NCBI GenBank assembly: GCA_965649825.1
Contig: OZ287701.1
Span: 795,101-859,100 of the forward strand
Source of the DNA: Penicillus capitatus
Taxonomy: Eukaryota; Plantae; Chlorophyta
Length of the DNA: 64,000 nucleotides
Reading direction: 5' to 3'
This document shows positions 1 to 13,895 of the stretch, piece by piece. A program made the position numbers and the translations under genes. The notes beneath the pieces were generated by a model, which had not been told where the DNA came from, did no database searches, and saw only the letters and a list, made by a program, of their open reading frames with translations. Position 1 is the stretch's first letter. Each line of letters begins with the position of its first letter.

Positions 1-3000
1 GTCAGCAGCAATTCCAAACCATCCTTATGTAAAAACTGCAGAACAGGACGCTACAGAAAACATCACCATAGATAAGAACGATCATCACTTTTAGAGCCGT
101 TTGGTGACAGCGAGTGATACTGGCAAGAAGCTGAATCGTTGCCTGGGTCACACCGGCTGGATCTGCCGAACCGAGGCTGTGCGAACCCGCTGTCGTCGTC
201 TCCGGCGGCGTCCACTCTTTTCCGTAGCTGCACACATGTTTCAGGAGTTTGATGCAGAACTCCACGAGATGAAAACGCTGTTCTTCTTGGATGGATCCGG
301 CCGGAGACCACTTTCCCAGAATCCTCTCCAGAGGAGGCCGTTCCCGTTCCTCTGCCATTTCTTCTCCGGAGGAATTGCTGGCGGAATCGTCTGACGAATC
401 TTCTTCTTTGCGCCGTTGCGTTTGCGAAAGGAAGTCCAGGACCAACAGCAATCCTTCAATCCACATCGGAATCTCGTTTGGCGGCTTGTAAAGGGCTTCC
501 CACTGATCGAGTGTCCTCAACAGAGCCGGAATCATGCACACTTCAATCGCCATTTCTCGACAGGGAACGGATTCCGCCATCATTAACGCCAGCAAATGTG
601 CCACGGCATTCATCCTGGATGTGATTTCTGTGAAATCTGCTTCGGCAATGACCGTTTTATTCAAGGTTGCGATAAACCACTGAATCACTGTTTCACGATC
701 GGCTCCCTCGTTTCGATTGCAGAGGGTCATGATAAATGTCGAAATGGAAAAAGCAGAGACTGGACTCTTCTCCAACACGGAGACAGCCCCAGTCACCAAA
801 TCCAATACATGAATGGAGCTGCTGGGCAGTCTGGACGACGAGGCTGCTTCTTCGGGTCGCTGCATCTGATCTAAAGACGCAGCCATAGCTTCAGCAAACT
901 CCTGTTCTTGAGGCCCAGCAGCGGCGTTTTCCGGGTTCTCTGGCAGTGGTTCATCAGGATGACTCACCAGCCACTCCAATGCCAATTCCACGCTATTCTG
1001 TCCAATCCTACGGAGAGCCTGAACAGCTCGTGCTCTTTCGAAGCCCATGTCAATGATCTGTTGGATCATATTGGGATCTGGCGCTGCATTGCGTCCCATA
1101 CCAAATCGACCGTCAGAGCGAATGGCTCTAAAAGCAGCAGACAGCGTCCCCGAACCATCCAAGCAACTATTCAAGATGCCGATGATGCTGCCCGTCACCG
1201 ATGGAGAGCTCTTGGCGAATAGAGGATTGGACCAGACAGGCAACACCGCTTCCAATACACTCTCTTGCAGATTCTTCACAAACGACTCGGCCTGTTCACT
1301 GGTCGCCTCATCGGCCGATCCCTCTGGCTCTTCTGCAGATGGCAAAGGTACGATCAAGAGGGATGCTGTCTGAGTAGATTGACAGAGCAATCGGGGATTG
1401 GTCAGTTGGGAGAAGAGATTGAGGAATGATAAGACGAGTCCCTCGACGGCAGATTTCTTCTCAGAATCCGACAGCGGTTCAGAGGTGGAAGGACCAGCTT
1501 GCATAGAGACATCTTCGATCGTACTCCACAGCAACTGCACGACACCTTCAAATCTCTTGACCAGCGAAGCGAAGCCTTTCACTGAGAAAAAATAATTCAG
1601 AATCAATGTGTGACAACAGTGACGCCGATTATCAAACAGCACGAGCTGTACTTCTTCGATGAGTCGCGTTAGGTGTTTCATGTAACGTTGCATGACAGAA
1701 TCGTAGAGATCTGGAATCTCATAGTCTAAGTTGTTCTTCAGCACCATAGCCAGACCCAGCGCTACAGCCTTCATTCCCATGGAGGGACGACCGAACGATT
1801 CATCTCGTCGACGAGCGGGTGTGTGATTTGCTTTGGCAATGGATGTGTAGAGACTGCGTACGGTTGTGACGAGATGCTGGAGGACATCGTATGCCAGATC
1901 ATCCGGAGCCTTCTTCTGGTGAAGGTACTTGGCGCCGTTCACGTGTTGTGGTTCCGTTTCTGGTACTGCCAATGGATGGGCCATCTCGGGAAGCGGATCT
2001 TCAGATTCGATCTCCATGGCATCGGCTTCGGTATCGGTGCGTTCGGCTTCGGACTCTTCGCCCACACCGATCGTCGGAGATGCCTCACGTGCTGCATCTT
2101 CTGCCTCTTTCTGCACACGGATCTTGTGTTCTTTCCATGCATCGGCCAGAGAGAGTTGATGGAGGACTCGGCGCTCTAGACGGCCCAGTGTCGAGATCAG
2201 TGTCTTGTCTCCTTTGCACATCTCCGTGAGCATCGGCGTGGATGTTCGGGCGATTGTCCCGGCGACGGCGGTCAGTCCACTGGTGGAAGCTGTGACGCGA
2301 ATGTAAGGCTCTCTGCTCTCTGCGTCTAACGTCGGAATGCAGACATCTCCCAGCTTCTCCGCACATGCAATACTGCGTTCCAGTTGCTCCGTCAGGGCTG
2401 CTGGAACGCTGACATGAAGCGATGGGCAGTTGTTGTGTGTCAGCGATCGAAAGATGGAGAGTAATGGATTGGACTGGGAGGACGAGACGAAGGAGGATGG
2501 GAGTTTGGGCAGTGTATAGAACTTGAGCAACAGCTCAACGCCTCCGTTTTGCGCAAATCTTCGACTGGTGTCCGAATTCGACAGCAATGCCTCCAGCATT
2601 TTGGCTGCGTGGCTCAAACAGTCTGGCAGCGTGGCATCCAGTCCTGGCTGCTTGGATCGTTCCAATACCTCGGACGGAATCTCTGGTGCACTGCTCTCGG
2701 CGTCTGGCTGTGTCGAGGTGAGCTCCTGCGTCACATCTGGATCTCCTCCCAAAAGACACAGCAGCTTCAACATCTGTACGATGACGTGCTGAACGCCGTC
2801 GTCTTTGAGGGAAGGGACATGACGGAACAGTTCATCCACGCCTGCGCCCAGGATGGAGGCAGTGTCTCCCGAGAGCGCTTTGATGTACTGTTTGGATGTG
2901 AAGATCTCTGTCAAACATACCAGCGCACGGCGATCCTTCACTTTCTGCAAACCGTTTGCATTGAGGCACAGAGCGACCAGCGCATTGGGTATGGAGCAGA

Positions 3001-5038
3001 CGGCCTCACTCGAGGGCAGGACTCCTTCGCAGACGGCATTCAAGAAAGCATCCGGAACTCCAGCCTCATCTAACGCTCCGAAACACAGCGGATCGTTGTG
3101 AATCAGATCGGTCGCAACTGTGGCGGCAAAGGCAAAGAGAGCACCGCCGAAATCTTTAGCCCGGACAAAGATCGCTTTGAGACACCCGTAGAGTGCTCGG
3201 GCATCAGCTTCTTCCAGACGACTGGCTGTTCCTACTGTCGGTGCATAGCTTGCCAGAGCAATGGCTCGCAGGAGTGACTTCATCAGCAGACGGCGCACGT
3301 AAGAGACGTGTTGCTTCACAGGTTCATCATTTGACTTCTTTCGCTTGGTACCTTGATTGGATGAAGAGGGTCCTTCGTCAGATACCGGAGCATGCACTTC
3401 TGCCTCCAGTCTCGTAATCATGGCCGACAGTCCACTCATCCCACGGAACAGCGCCGAAGCTGTCGAGGAATAGTCCATGAATCCTTCCAGAATTTTGACG
3501 GCGCTGCAGACCAGTGTCACATGAGACGGTGTCCGATCATGGATAAGCGGCAATAGGGCTGGAATGAACCCTGCTTCATTGAGGTTCACATTCCCGGAGG
3601 ACGAAGAGATCAATGTGCCGACCAGAACCAACAGGGCCTCGACGAAAGACGCATTGTATTTCGGTTTCTTGGCATTCGGTCGATCACTGGGGCATATACA
3701 CTCGATCGAATCTTGCAGCAGAACGGCCAAGAGACTCTGCCCACCCACACCAACGGCATTGATCACGGCATTGTGCCGTGAACGATCGACCAACTGCACG
3801 GTCAAGGCACGAACCGACAGTGTCCTGAGCTCCAGAGGAATGCCTTCATCGGCCTGCAGCAGCTCCACCAGCTCCGTCATAAATTCTGGCTCTGAGGAAA
3901 AGAAGGACAGCATCTCTTCGTGCAGCGGATTGGATTGGATCAGCACACAGAAAGCCAGAAGACGGATCTTGACGAGATTACGTCGCCCTTCCAGTTTGGC
4001 AAAATTGGAAACAACGCGTAATCGAGTCAGCAGACGAAACCTATGATGTGACATGTCAACGTCCTGTCCTTCTCACACATGTGACGAAGGGTCGCACCTT
4101 GCGGTCTGAGGTACAGCGTGTTCCTCGACCAGGTTTGCCAAAATTTGGTGGTCCGTCAAATGCAGTTGATGCAGATTCTCCAAGTGAATGACCTTCAATC
4201 CCACTCCTTGATCACTCTCATGCTTCTCGCTATAAAACTCAAAATGCAGTGTTGTGCCATGCTGGATATAACCCTGGATCGGATGGGTATCTTCCAAAGC
4301 GCATGCCGTCATGTCCAGTCCCTAAACACCAACCCATGCGTGACTTCGATCGCGTGTATAGAAATAGAGGACTTGTTCTTTGCCTCCCCATCCCTTGCAG
4401 AGATCGAAGAGGCGGCTGTTGAGAGCAGGGTATCCATGAAAACGAACCGTCGAGTGGTGCGTCTTTCTCAAAAAAGCAACAAGCGCCTGCAATGCCCAGA
4501 CGACCACTTCGCTTTCTGGGGCTGCCAGGAGCTCCGTCAAATGCTGAGCATCACACATCGGTCGGTCACACATCTGCGTGTGGACTGCATTGCTGCGGAC
4601 TGACTTCATAGGATTGATAGAAATGTTTGTTTGTGCAGTTTTCCAGAATACGAGTCGTCACTTTGAGAACCGTGATGGTGACATGGTAAGGAAAGGGAGC
4701 GTCGCATTCGCCTCGTGCCGTCTCGAGTGTCAAATCGGCACGGCTGCGGATGTGTTTCTCAAAGAACGTGTCAAAATAGTTGAACAGTGGAATCCAATGA
4801 TGAAAATCACCCTACGTACGCCACACTCTTAACCATGACGTCACCTCGGAGATGAAAGACCTTGTCGTATTTCCAACTGAACCCGTTCAGGACTTCGGCC
4901 AAACGTTCGTAAGGCGTATTCAATACGCGCTCCGTGAAACTTCGAATATCGGGTGGCTGATAGAGACATGGATGGAGAGAGCAGTCGACGTGGAGGCTGA
5001 CTTACGATTTCGACGTTCTTTTTCGGTTTGACCTTCAT
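1..5038 (-). CDS. UPL1: UPL1/HUWE1/Tom1-type HECT E3 ubiquitin ligase, 5' part (DUF908, DUF913, UBA); runs off the left edge of the window
   Basis: The spliced start reads MKVKPKKNVEI|PPDIRSFTERVL..SWKYDK|GDFHHWIPLFNYFD..ILENCTNKHFYQSYE|HLTELL..GWGGKEQ, followed by LHFEFY and FRLLTRLR, matching the UPL1 N-terminus. The 1350-aa ORF contains a UBA domain (MIQQIIDMGFERARAVQALRRIGQNSVELALEWL). Short GT-AG introns lie at about 4960-5005, 4813-4860, 4560-4610, 4325-4370, 4042-4098 and 41-92. The HECT domain is not in the window. Confidence 0.9.
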
Positions 5039-5269
5039 CGCGATGCACTTTTCGAAGCGTTGGGAGCCGCGGGTGATTCGACGACGCCACGAACGAACAA
5101 ACAGTGCAGGAAGGGTGGGTGAAAGGATGTCTAAAGACCAAGGTCGCAAAGTTCCGAGCGTCGACGTGAACAAACGAACAAACACACAGCGCACGTCGAA
5201 GTTGTAGGCAAGCGACACAAACGGGTGAATTTAGGTAAAACGCTCTTCACATCATTAAGGCACGTCACA

Positions 5270-7046
<1,777 letters not shown>

Positions 7047-7099
7047 AGAGCACAGACGAAATCACGCTTTAAAACCGACGCGTTCAACGAATGACGGTG

Positions 7100-8520
7100 A
7101 TATGCTTGACGGTAACGGTACGAAGCTGTTCTTTGTGACCACCGTACGACAGCAAACCTGTCTTCTGAAGATGTGTATGAGATGGCAAGAGATGACATGT
7201 TCCCGATAATGACGATGAACAAACAGTGCAGCGAAAGCATCTACCAATCTTGCATGATGATGCGTTTCTGCTGCCGGAAACAGCAATCAGAAGGCCGTTC
7301 CTTCTGCTTACAGCAAAGAAGGCTCCTTGAAATCATTCGCCCATTCAGAATAGATCCATTGACGCCGATCTGCATCTCAGACATATCTATCTCATTTGGA
7401 GGTCTCCCCCTCAGCTGGCAGAAAGCAGCTAAGGGAACAGTTATGAAGTGGTTAAGAAAAGACCAGCTGCGTTTCGTGCATCGCCTAGGCCCTTAGTGAA
7501 TGACTCCTTCCTGACGATCTCCTTCCATGCAGTACCACTATTCGAGATCGGCCACGTTTTCATCTGCATGAAAGATGCGCAGACAGCATGGGAGAAGAGT
7601 CGACTGGACGAGACGTTCCTTGCCGACCATCGCAAACAGAAAGAACATGCCGTCATGCGACTCAGATGACGTTGATTCGGACGACGGAATCGTCGACCGA
7701 AAAGATGGGTCGCCGCGCCGGCTGTCAAAAATCACCTCGAGAACCTTGCGTCCGGATTCGGACGAGTGGACAGTCGGTCAGTCGCTTGTAAGCAAACGCT
7801 GGAGATGGAGAGACCGTTGCCGGCGTCCTGTGTGCTGTCTGTCCATCATTCTTCTCCACGAAGAAGTTATTTGCTGGCGCCGATTCTTTCGTCGAAGATG
7901 CGCACGTTGGTAGAAAAACAGCTGCCACGGACAAGTTGAGAAGTGTCCATTTTCTCCATACGACCTCGATCGTTCGCACAGAAGACATACCTGTATTTGG
8001 TAGAATAGATCATCTTCACGCCAGGGGTATGTTTATCGCAGAAGTAGTTATGCTTGTCACCGAAGACAACGAACGCGAGTCTCTACTTTGTCGGACGCGA
8101 GGCATTCTCCGTTGCTACGACATCAGCGAGAAATGGCACCAAGTTACGGCGTCCTCGCGTCTGGGTGGTCGACTGAGTCCCTGTGAAGAGAGGGTAGAGC
8201 CCCGCTCTCTTTCACAGTGACCGTGCTGATGGCTGAACTGCGTTTCGTCTCTCAGAGAAACTGACTCGCTTCGTGCTGAGAGGCGAATGAAACGCTGACC
8301 GCCGGGCACATGCGCGCCCGCCAGAACCAGTCACATCATGGCTCTCCCGAACGAGTGCAAGAGGATCCTCAGCAAGCTCTCCGTGCAGCACCGGCTGCTG
8401 TGTCGCAGGCGACGGATGCGATCGAATTAGATTCTGCGTTCGTCAGCAAACGACGCAGCGCCGAATTCGGACACGCAGCTTCAAGTTTGCTGTCTGGATT
8501 TAGACAGCGACCTCCAGCTG
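7100..8520. other. Unresolved, probably coding interval (small spliced gene of unknown function)
   Basis: It has intron-like GT..AG segments and short protein-like frames. On the minus strand, RLAFVVFGDKHNYFCDKHTPGVKMIYSTKY|SCFSTNVRIFDERIGASK spans a candidate intron at 7922-7990; on the plus strand there is FICMKDAQTAWEKSRLDETFLADHRKQKEH. I could not build a consistent model or recognise a family. Confidence 0.2.
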
Positions 8521-8621
8521 CATGGTATAAATTCGAGCAGAATTCCCGACCACTGCCATTTTCCCTTACGCGTTTGTGCTGTCGCTCTGTCTGAGCTTCT
8601 TAAAACTCCGTCTTGAACATC

Positions 8622-9121
8622 ATGTCTGCTAACGCAGCTCTGTTCGTCCTCGCGCTTCTCTGCCTCCAGGCGGCAAGATCCCTTCCTCTACGGAAAACAC
8701 TCGATGTCGACTGTTTGCTGTTCTGGTAGGCGTGTGCTTACCGTCCCACCACAGAGTTTGTCGTCGACGAAAATGGACACGTCGTCGGTAGACTGTTCTT
8801 GAAAGAAGGACTCGCGAATCAATGTGTGGCAGTGTGGCGAAATCTCTAGTTTATTGTGGTTGTGTGTGTAGTCCCGGATCAGAAATGGAAAGGCAGCGCC
8901 TCCATAACCACTATTCAAGAAACTTGGTATACTTGCTTTACTTATGTGTGCCGCCTACGTACGTCGCCGGATCTATCTAGTCGCGTGTCGACTGAGACTG
9001 GCTGTATGTAGCGGGTCATAGTGCATGGGACTATAACCGGGCTACCGAATCATGCAGGGCATTCAAGGAACCGACTAAGATCGAAGAAGCAGAAGGCTTT
9101 GTGAGAGGCGCGTGCCCTTGA
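8622..9121 (+). CDS. Small secreted Cys-containing protein (about 112 aa) with a PAN/apple-like C-terminal half
   Basis: Exons 8622-8669, 8730-8823, 8872-8958 and 9012-9121 join in phase to give MSANAALFVLALLCLQACA-YRPTTEFVVDENGHVVGRLFLKEGLANQFPDQKWKGSASITTIQETWYTCFTYVCRLPGHSAWDYNRATESCRAFKEPTKIEEAEGFVRGACP. The N-terminus is a hydrophobic signal peptide. Intron 1 needs a GC donor or a 24-nt intron. This model is absent from the ORF track. Confidence 0.6.
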
Positions 9122-9150
9122 CTAAACGCGTCGCCTAACAGGAAAAGATC

Positions 9151-9560
9151 CTATCTCATTCTTTCCGGCATAAGGTTTAGAGATTTTGCATGACTCTCTG
9201 GATCCATCCGGTAACCTGTCAGTGTTCGATTTAATAAAAAATCGCAGCCGTTTTTTGAGCTCCCTTTCTTAACGCGCCTCCGTTTCGACAGACATACAGA
9301 GCGATGGAGGTGTCTTCTGCTGTCATTAACATTCTTTACTAAGTCTCGCATCTCTAAGCGGTTGAGCACCTCGACGACTAAGAAATCGATCCATTCATCT
9401 AACACCCTTAAACTCTCTAAAAAGGACTATAGCTGCTTTCTGCTTCGATGGCGTAAACGAACTCTGCTTCTTCATACAAACGACATAAGGAACAGGGAAT
9501 CAGCCAGAGAGTGGTCACTTTTGGTTCTGTCTTTTCAGATCTCTTTCGAAATCTTTTAAC
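9151..9560 (-). CDS. Possible hypothetical gene fragments (helical protein)
   Basis: Short open frames (VRLKDFERDLKRQNQK; VLDEWIDFLVVEVLNRLEMRDLVKNVNDSRRHLHRS) are bounded by plausible splice sites. I recognise no homology. Confidence 0.2.
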
Positions 9561-9902
9561 CGAACATACAGAACTCGGACCTTCTTACAAACAGAGATGT
9601 TGCAGATATCATGAAGACGACATGGCTCCTTCTACAACCTGTAGACATGCTCGATGGTGTCACATCTTGACGGTCCGCAAATGAAATTGTCACGCCACTG
9701 TGAGTGAGCTCTCTTTGACGGAGGCCGACTTATCTATCCGCAACGACGACGATCACAAGGCTAAAGCAGATATAGCAAGACACCAAACAAGGACATCTAT
9801 CTGGATCTTATCAGGTTCATCCGTCTACATTTCCCTTATTGCGAACGAAATGAGAGACATGCGCAATTGATGTGTCGTCGTCAACACAGAAGTCAACAAA
9901 AG

Positions 9903-10171
9903 ATGTCCAGCCGCGACGACCTGTTGCGGCATCTACAGCATCTCTGGGGGTTTCTCGATCACCTCGCCGAATCTGACCCCGAACAGTATCAGCGATTCAT
10001 CGAAAAGCAAGCGCGAGAAGCCAGAGCCGAATGCGTATGCACCTCATTCGATTCCTTAAGTACTGCACATTGCATCAGGTACCGAATACGGTCGAGATCC
10101 AAAAGACAACTCAAAAAGAAGATAAAAGCAAACAGATGTCTCCGAAGAAACTCATTGAGGAACTCGATTGA
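9903..10171 (+). CDS. 74-aa mini-protein resembling the N-terminal helical segment of PIH1D2 (dynein-assembly co-chaperone family), lacking the PIH1 domain
   Basis: Exon 1 (9903-10034) MSSRDDLLRHLQHLWGFLDHLAESDPEQYQRFIEKQAREARAEC resembles the recalled PIH1D2 start (..FWNLLDDLAQSDPEGYEKFIQQQ..). A 44-nt GT-AG intron (10035-10078) precedes exon 2, VPNTVEIQKTTQKEDKSKQMSPKKLIEELD-TGA (10171). Confidence 0.7.
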
Positions 10172-10295
10172 AACACAGTCCTTACTGCCGTTTGGCATTT
10201 TACAAGATGTGACATGACACGACATTTGCAACGAACTGACCCCCGCCGATGACCGGCACCGTCAAAAAATGTGACATCCAATGCACCGCCATCTC

Positions 10296-12956
10296 TCATT
10301 TCCATCGTTTGACATTCTTTGACTTCTGCTTCTTCGCTGCCGAATCGCTGGAGTTATGGAACGTCTTGGCCTTGTCCTTCTTAGCGCGACGTTTTTCTGC
10401 TTTGGACTGTTTTGATTTCGCCTTGATGGTGGACTGTTCTATTTTTTTCTTTCGATTCTCTTTCTCCTGCATCGTATTCCTTTCCTCCTCATTCTGCTCG
10501 AGAAAGTACTCGTAGCCCCATTTATAGTCCCTCAACTTGCAGTGCTCGACCTAGAGAGAAGTTATGAGGAGAGCGGCAGCATTTTGCAGGGTAGAAGATA
10601 CTTGCAGAATCCGAGTGGCGATTTTTTTGAGGAAGTATCGATCGTGCGAAACGGCAATGACACTTCCTTCGAAACTGATCAACGCATCTTCCAGCATCTC
10701 TTTCGAAGGGATATCCAAATGATTGGTCGGCTCATCCAACACCAACAGTGTACCTAAGACGCTCGTGTATCCACCAAACAGCTGTGCATGTATTCAATGC
10801 ACCTTTCGTCAGCATAAACTTGGCCATGGCCAATCTTGCTTTCTCCCCTCCGCTCAGCACAGCGCATTTCTTATTCATTGCTGGACCGCTGAACATCATG
10901 CGTCCAAGCAGCGCCTTAATTTCATCCATGCGTGCATCAGGTGCCTAAGATCGCCATATGCCCCACAACGATGCGACTCTGCTCCTTACGGCTTGCATAA
11001 GGGTGCTGAGGGCGGTCAGGTGCAGATCCAACGCCTCTGCCTGATTCTGCTCAAAATAGTTGGCATGAACATTGTACTGTCCCAGACGGACCGAACCAGA
11101 GATCGGTTGCTCGACGCCCATCACCAACCGAAGCAACGTACTCTTCCCACAACCTGCATCGCAGGAGGCCTCCTTTTCACCGAGATCCGTTTGATCTCTG
11201 CTCATTACCGTTAGGTCCAATGACAGCGACCCGTTCGCCCTTTTCGATGACGCAATCGACGTGATTGAACAGGCGGATGTCTCCGTAGCCGTGGGTCAGA
11301 TCGTCGATCGAGACAACGATCTCGTCGAGCCTTTCTACCTCCGGAAATCGAAAGGAGCGTTTCTTTGGACGGAACGGCCGTTCGACATAGTTCCCTTCCG
11401 CTCGCAGCTTTGCCAGATATTTCTTGGCCGCTTCTGCTCTGCCAGATTGACTGCCTCCCGACAACCGCGAGATCAGATCCAGCTGTCGCTGCACCTCTTT
11501 CTGCTGCCTCTCCCAGGCTGCCCACTGCTGAGCCGTCTGTTCGTTCTTTTGCTGAATGTACTGAGTGTAATTCCCACGATAGCTCTGCGTCACCTTCCTC
11601 TCCGTTTCCACGATCTTGGTACACAGCTGATCCAGGAACTCGCGATCGTGGGAGACGATCACCATCGGCACTTCCTGTTTCTTCAAATATTCCTCCAGCC
11701 ACTGAATCGCTTGAAGATCCAAATGATTCGTCGGTTCATCCAGTAAGAGCAGATCTGGATCCTGCAACAGAATCTTCCCCAGACACATGCGCATCTGCCA
11801 TCCTCCACTGTAAGACGCCACCTGTGTGGCAGACCCCTCTCAAAAACGAAAGGTACAACGTATCATCATCTCTGTGCACCAGTCGGTCGTTATCTTCTCT
11901 GCCAAAACCAAGTTCCGGCATCATTTTGTCGATCTTCTTGTCCATGAGCTTCACATCGAGGTCGATGGCCTGGGAACTGAGCTCGTTGAGCTCATCTACA
12001 AGATCACCCATTCTTTCCATATCTGTTACGCTCGACTCCAGTTCCAGCTGAATCGCTTCCTGTCGTTTCATCACCTAACCATTCGATCCAGTCACATCAG
12101 CGGAAGTGTGAGAAAGAATGACAAACGTGAAGTTGTTCGTCATAGGCGGAGGCAAACTCTTCTCGGACTGTCCGAGTGGGTACCACATCGAATTCTTGCG
12201 TCAAGTAGGCGATTTTCAGATCGGCTTTCGATTTGACGACGTTTCCCGAATCGGCCTCCACTGTTCCTGCAATGATCTGTAGCTGCGTCGTCTTCCCAGC
12301 GCCATTCATTCCTAACCCGTCCACACAAGGCATGACACACAGAGCGCGATGCATCTGAAGGACAGACCCACGAGTCCAACCCTCTCTCCTTTCTTCACCT
12401 CCCACGAGCAGTTCTTTAACACCTCATCATTTTTGAACGTCTTGGAAATCTGCACCAATAACGTTGGTCACAATGGATGCGTCACAAGAGAAGGAGAGAC
12501 GTTTTCTAGACGCACACCAGAAGAGATCCCGGTCGCAATGCCACGATTCACTCCTTCGGTCTGCTGCACAGCAAGATCAGAAACGCTGTAAACAGGTGCC
12601 CTTCTGCGACCTTTTCTGCCGAGACGCGCAGAGTTTCGGTCATGGCTGAATGCAGTGAGCGTTGGTGGAAAGACCACACATCTCTGCAAGGATACTGTTG
12701 CTATGGCTGTCCTTGAACGACGTTGCATACGTGTGATAGTGGAATCCGTCGCATCGTCGAGTGTTGAGTGGACGGTGACAGATGAGAGGAATGGCTCGGC
12801 GTGTCCACCGTGTCGCGAGAACGCCATGAGAAACGATGCCTCTAGAGCGTGCCGTGGTGGAGGACATGATGATCGTACGCGTTTGATCAAATCCCATTCA
12901 TCATGAGATACGGATGTGTCTGTCTGCCTACCCCCACAGAGCATCGAACGTTCCAT
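10296..12956 (-). CDS. ABCF5: ABC-F family soluble ATPase (plant ABCF5-like, probably plastid-targeted); start codon at 12956 or 12827
   Basis: It contains GISSGVRLENV|ISK, GMNGAGKTTQLQII, signature YSGGWQMR, LLLDEPTNHLD, a second ABC domain (GPNG|CGKSTLL, LSGGEKARLA, LVLDEPTNHLDI) and the Lys-rich tail KAKSKQSKAEKRRAKK..KNVKRWK. There are eight short GT-AG introns. Confidence 0.93.
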
Positions 12957-13895
12957 CAGTCGATCTCTTCCGGGTCTTACAACAAAACTAGCCCAAACAA
13001 AATAAGCCTGATCTCATCCGTAGTGTTCTGCTGAGCGCAGTTAGTTCTCCACCACACGCACTGACAGATAAGGATCAAAAAGATCGAGGGCGTTCTATTA
13101 GGTGTTTTGGTTGTCTGTGGAATGACCCGACACGACAAGCTTGATCAGAATAAAACGATTACGACTAAACAGCAAGGTGTTTTTCCGAAACAAGATGTTT
13201 CACAAAGCCCACTTTCGAGTTATGACGAAAATCAAACATCCATTCCAAATTCAATGGCGCACTCAGCCCCTACCATAATGTTTTCACAAAACCAGTCAAA
13301 AGGAATACGAGCAATACAGCAGCAGCAGTGTCAAGACTAATGAGATATGGTATTGTTGGTGGTATAGTTGTTGTTGTTGTCATACTGTATGGTATTGCCA
13401 TAATTTTTTGCCGATCATGGTAGTGGTGATAATGGTGAAAGTGTTGTTGTTTGCAGTCAACGTCACCAAAAGACGTCTATACAGAAACGGCGGCGGAGGA
13501 GGAGGAATAGGAGTAGATGCACAGTTATCTTCAGCTAAGAATGTGTCTGTTTTAGACTTCGATAGACGTTTGTCACCAGTTCCCCGAAAATAAAATGTAT
13601 CTGAAGGAACATCACACAAATGGATCAAATCAATAGTGTACGCCCAGTTTTGATGAAACTCAATTTTCATCAAGCACTCAAGCACCACCTGACAGACACA
13701 CAATAAAAGAAACAGAATGTGAGCTAGCTATGCTTATTCAACCAGGAAGCTTAATGAATAAAATGGACCTCATTAAGCAGAGAGAAAGCGTCCAATGACA
13801 CACTTGCCAAAAAAGTACAGAAATCAAATTTGCTGAGTCCGACCACCAAGGTTGGTGGAAACGACATCATCTGAAATCCTTCCTTCCCTCGGTCC

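Noticed and set aside
1-100. UPL1 truncated or lacking its HECT domain
   Set aside because: The frame continues across an intron (TALK|FLHKDGLELLL) to the window edge, so the truncation is only apparent.
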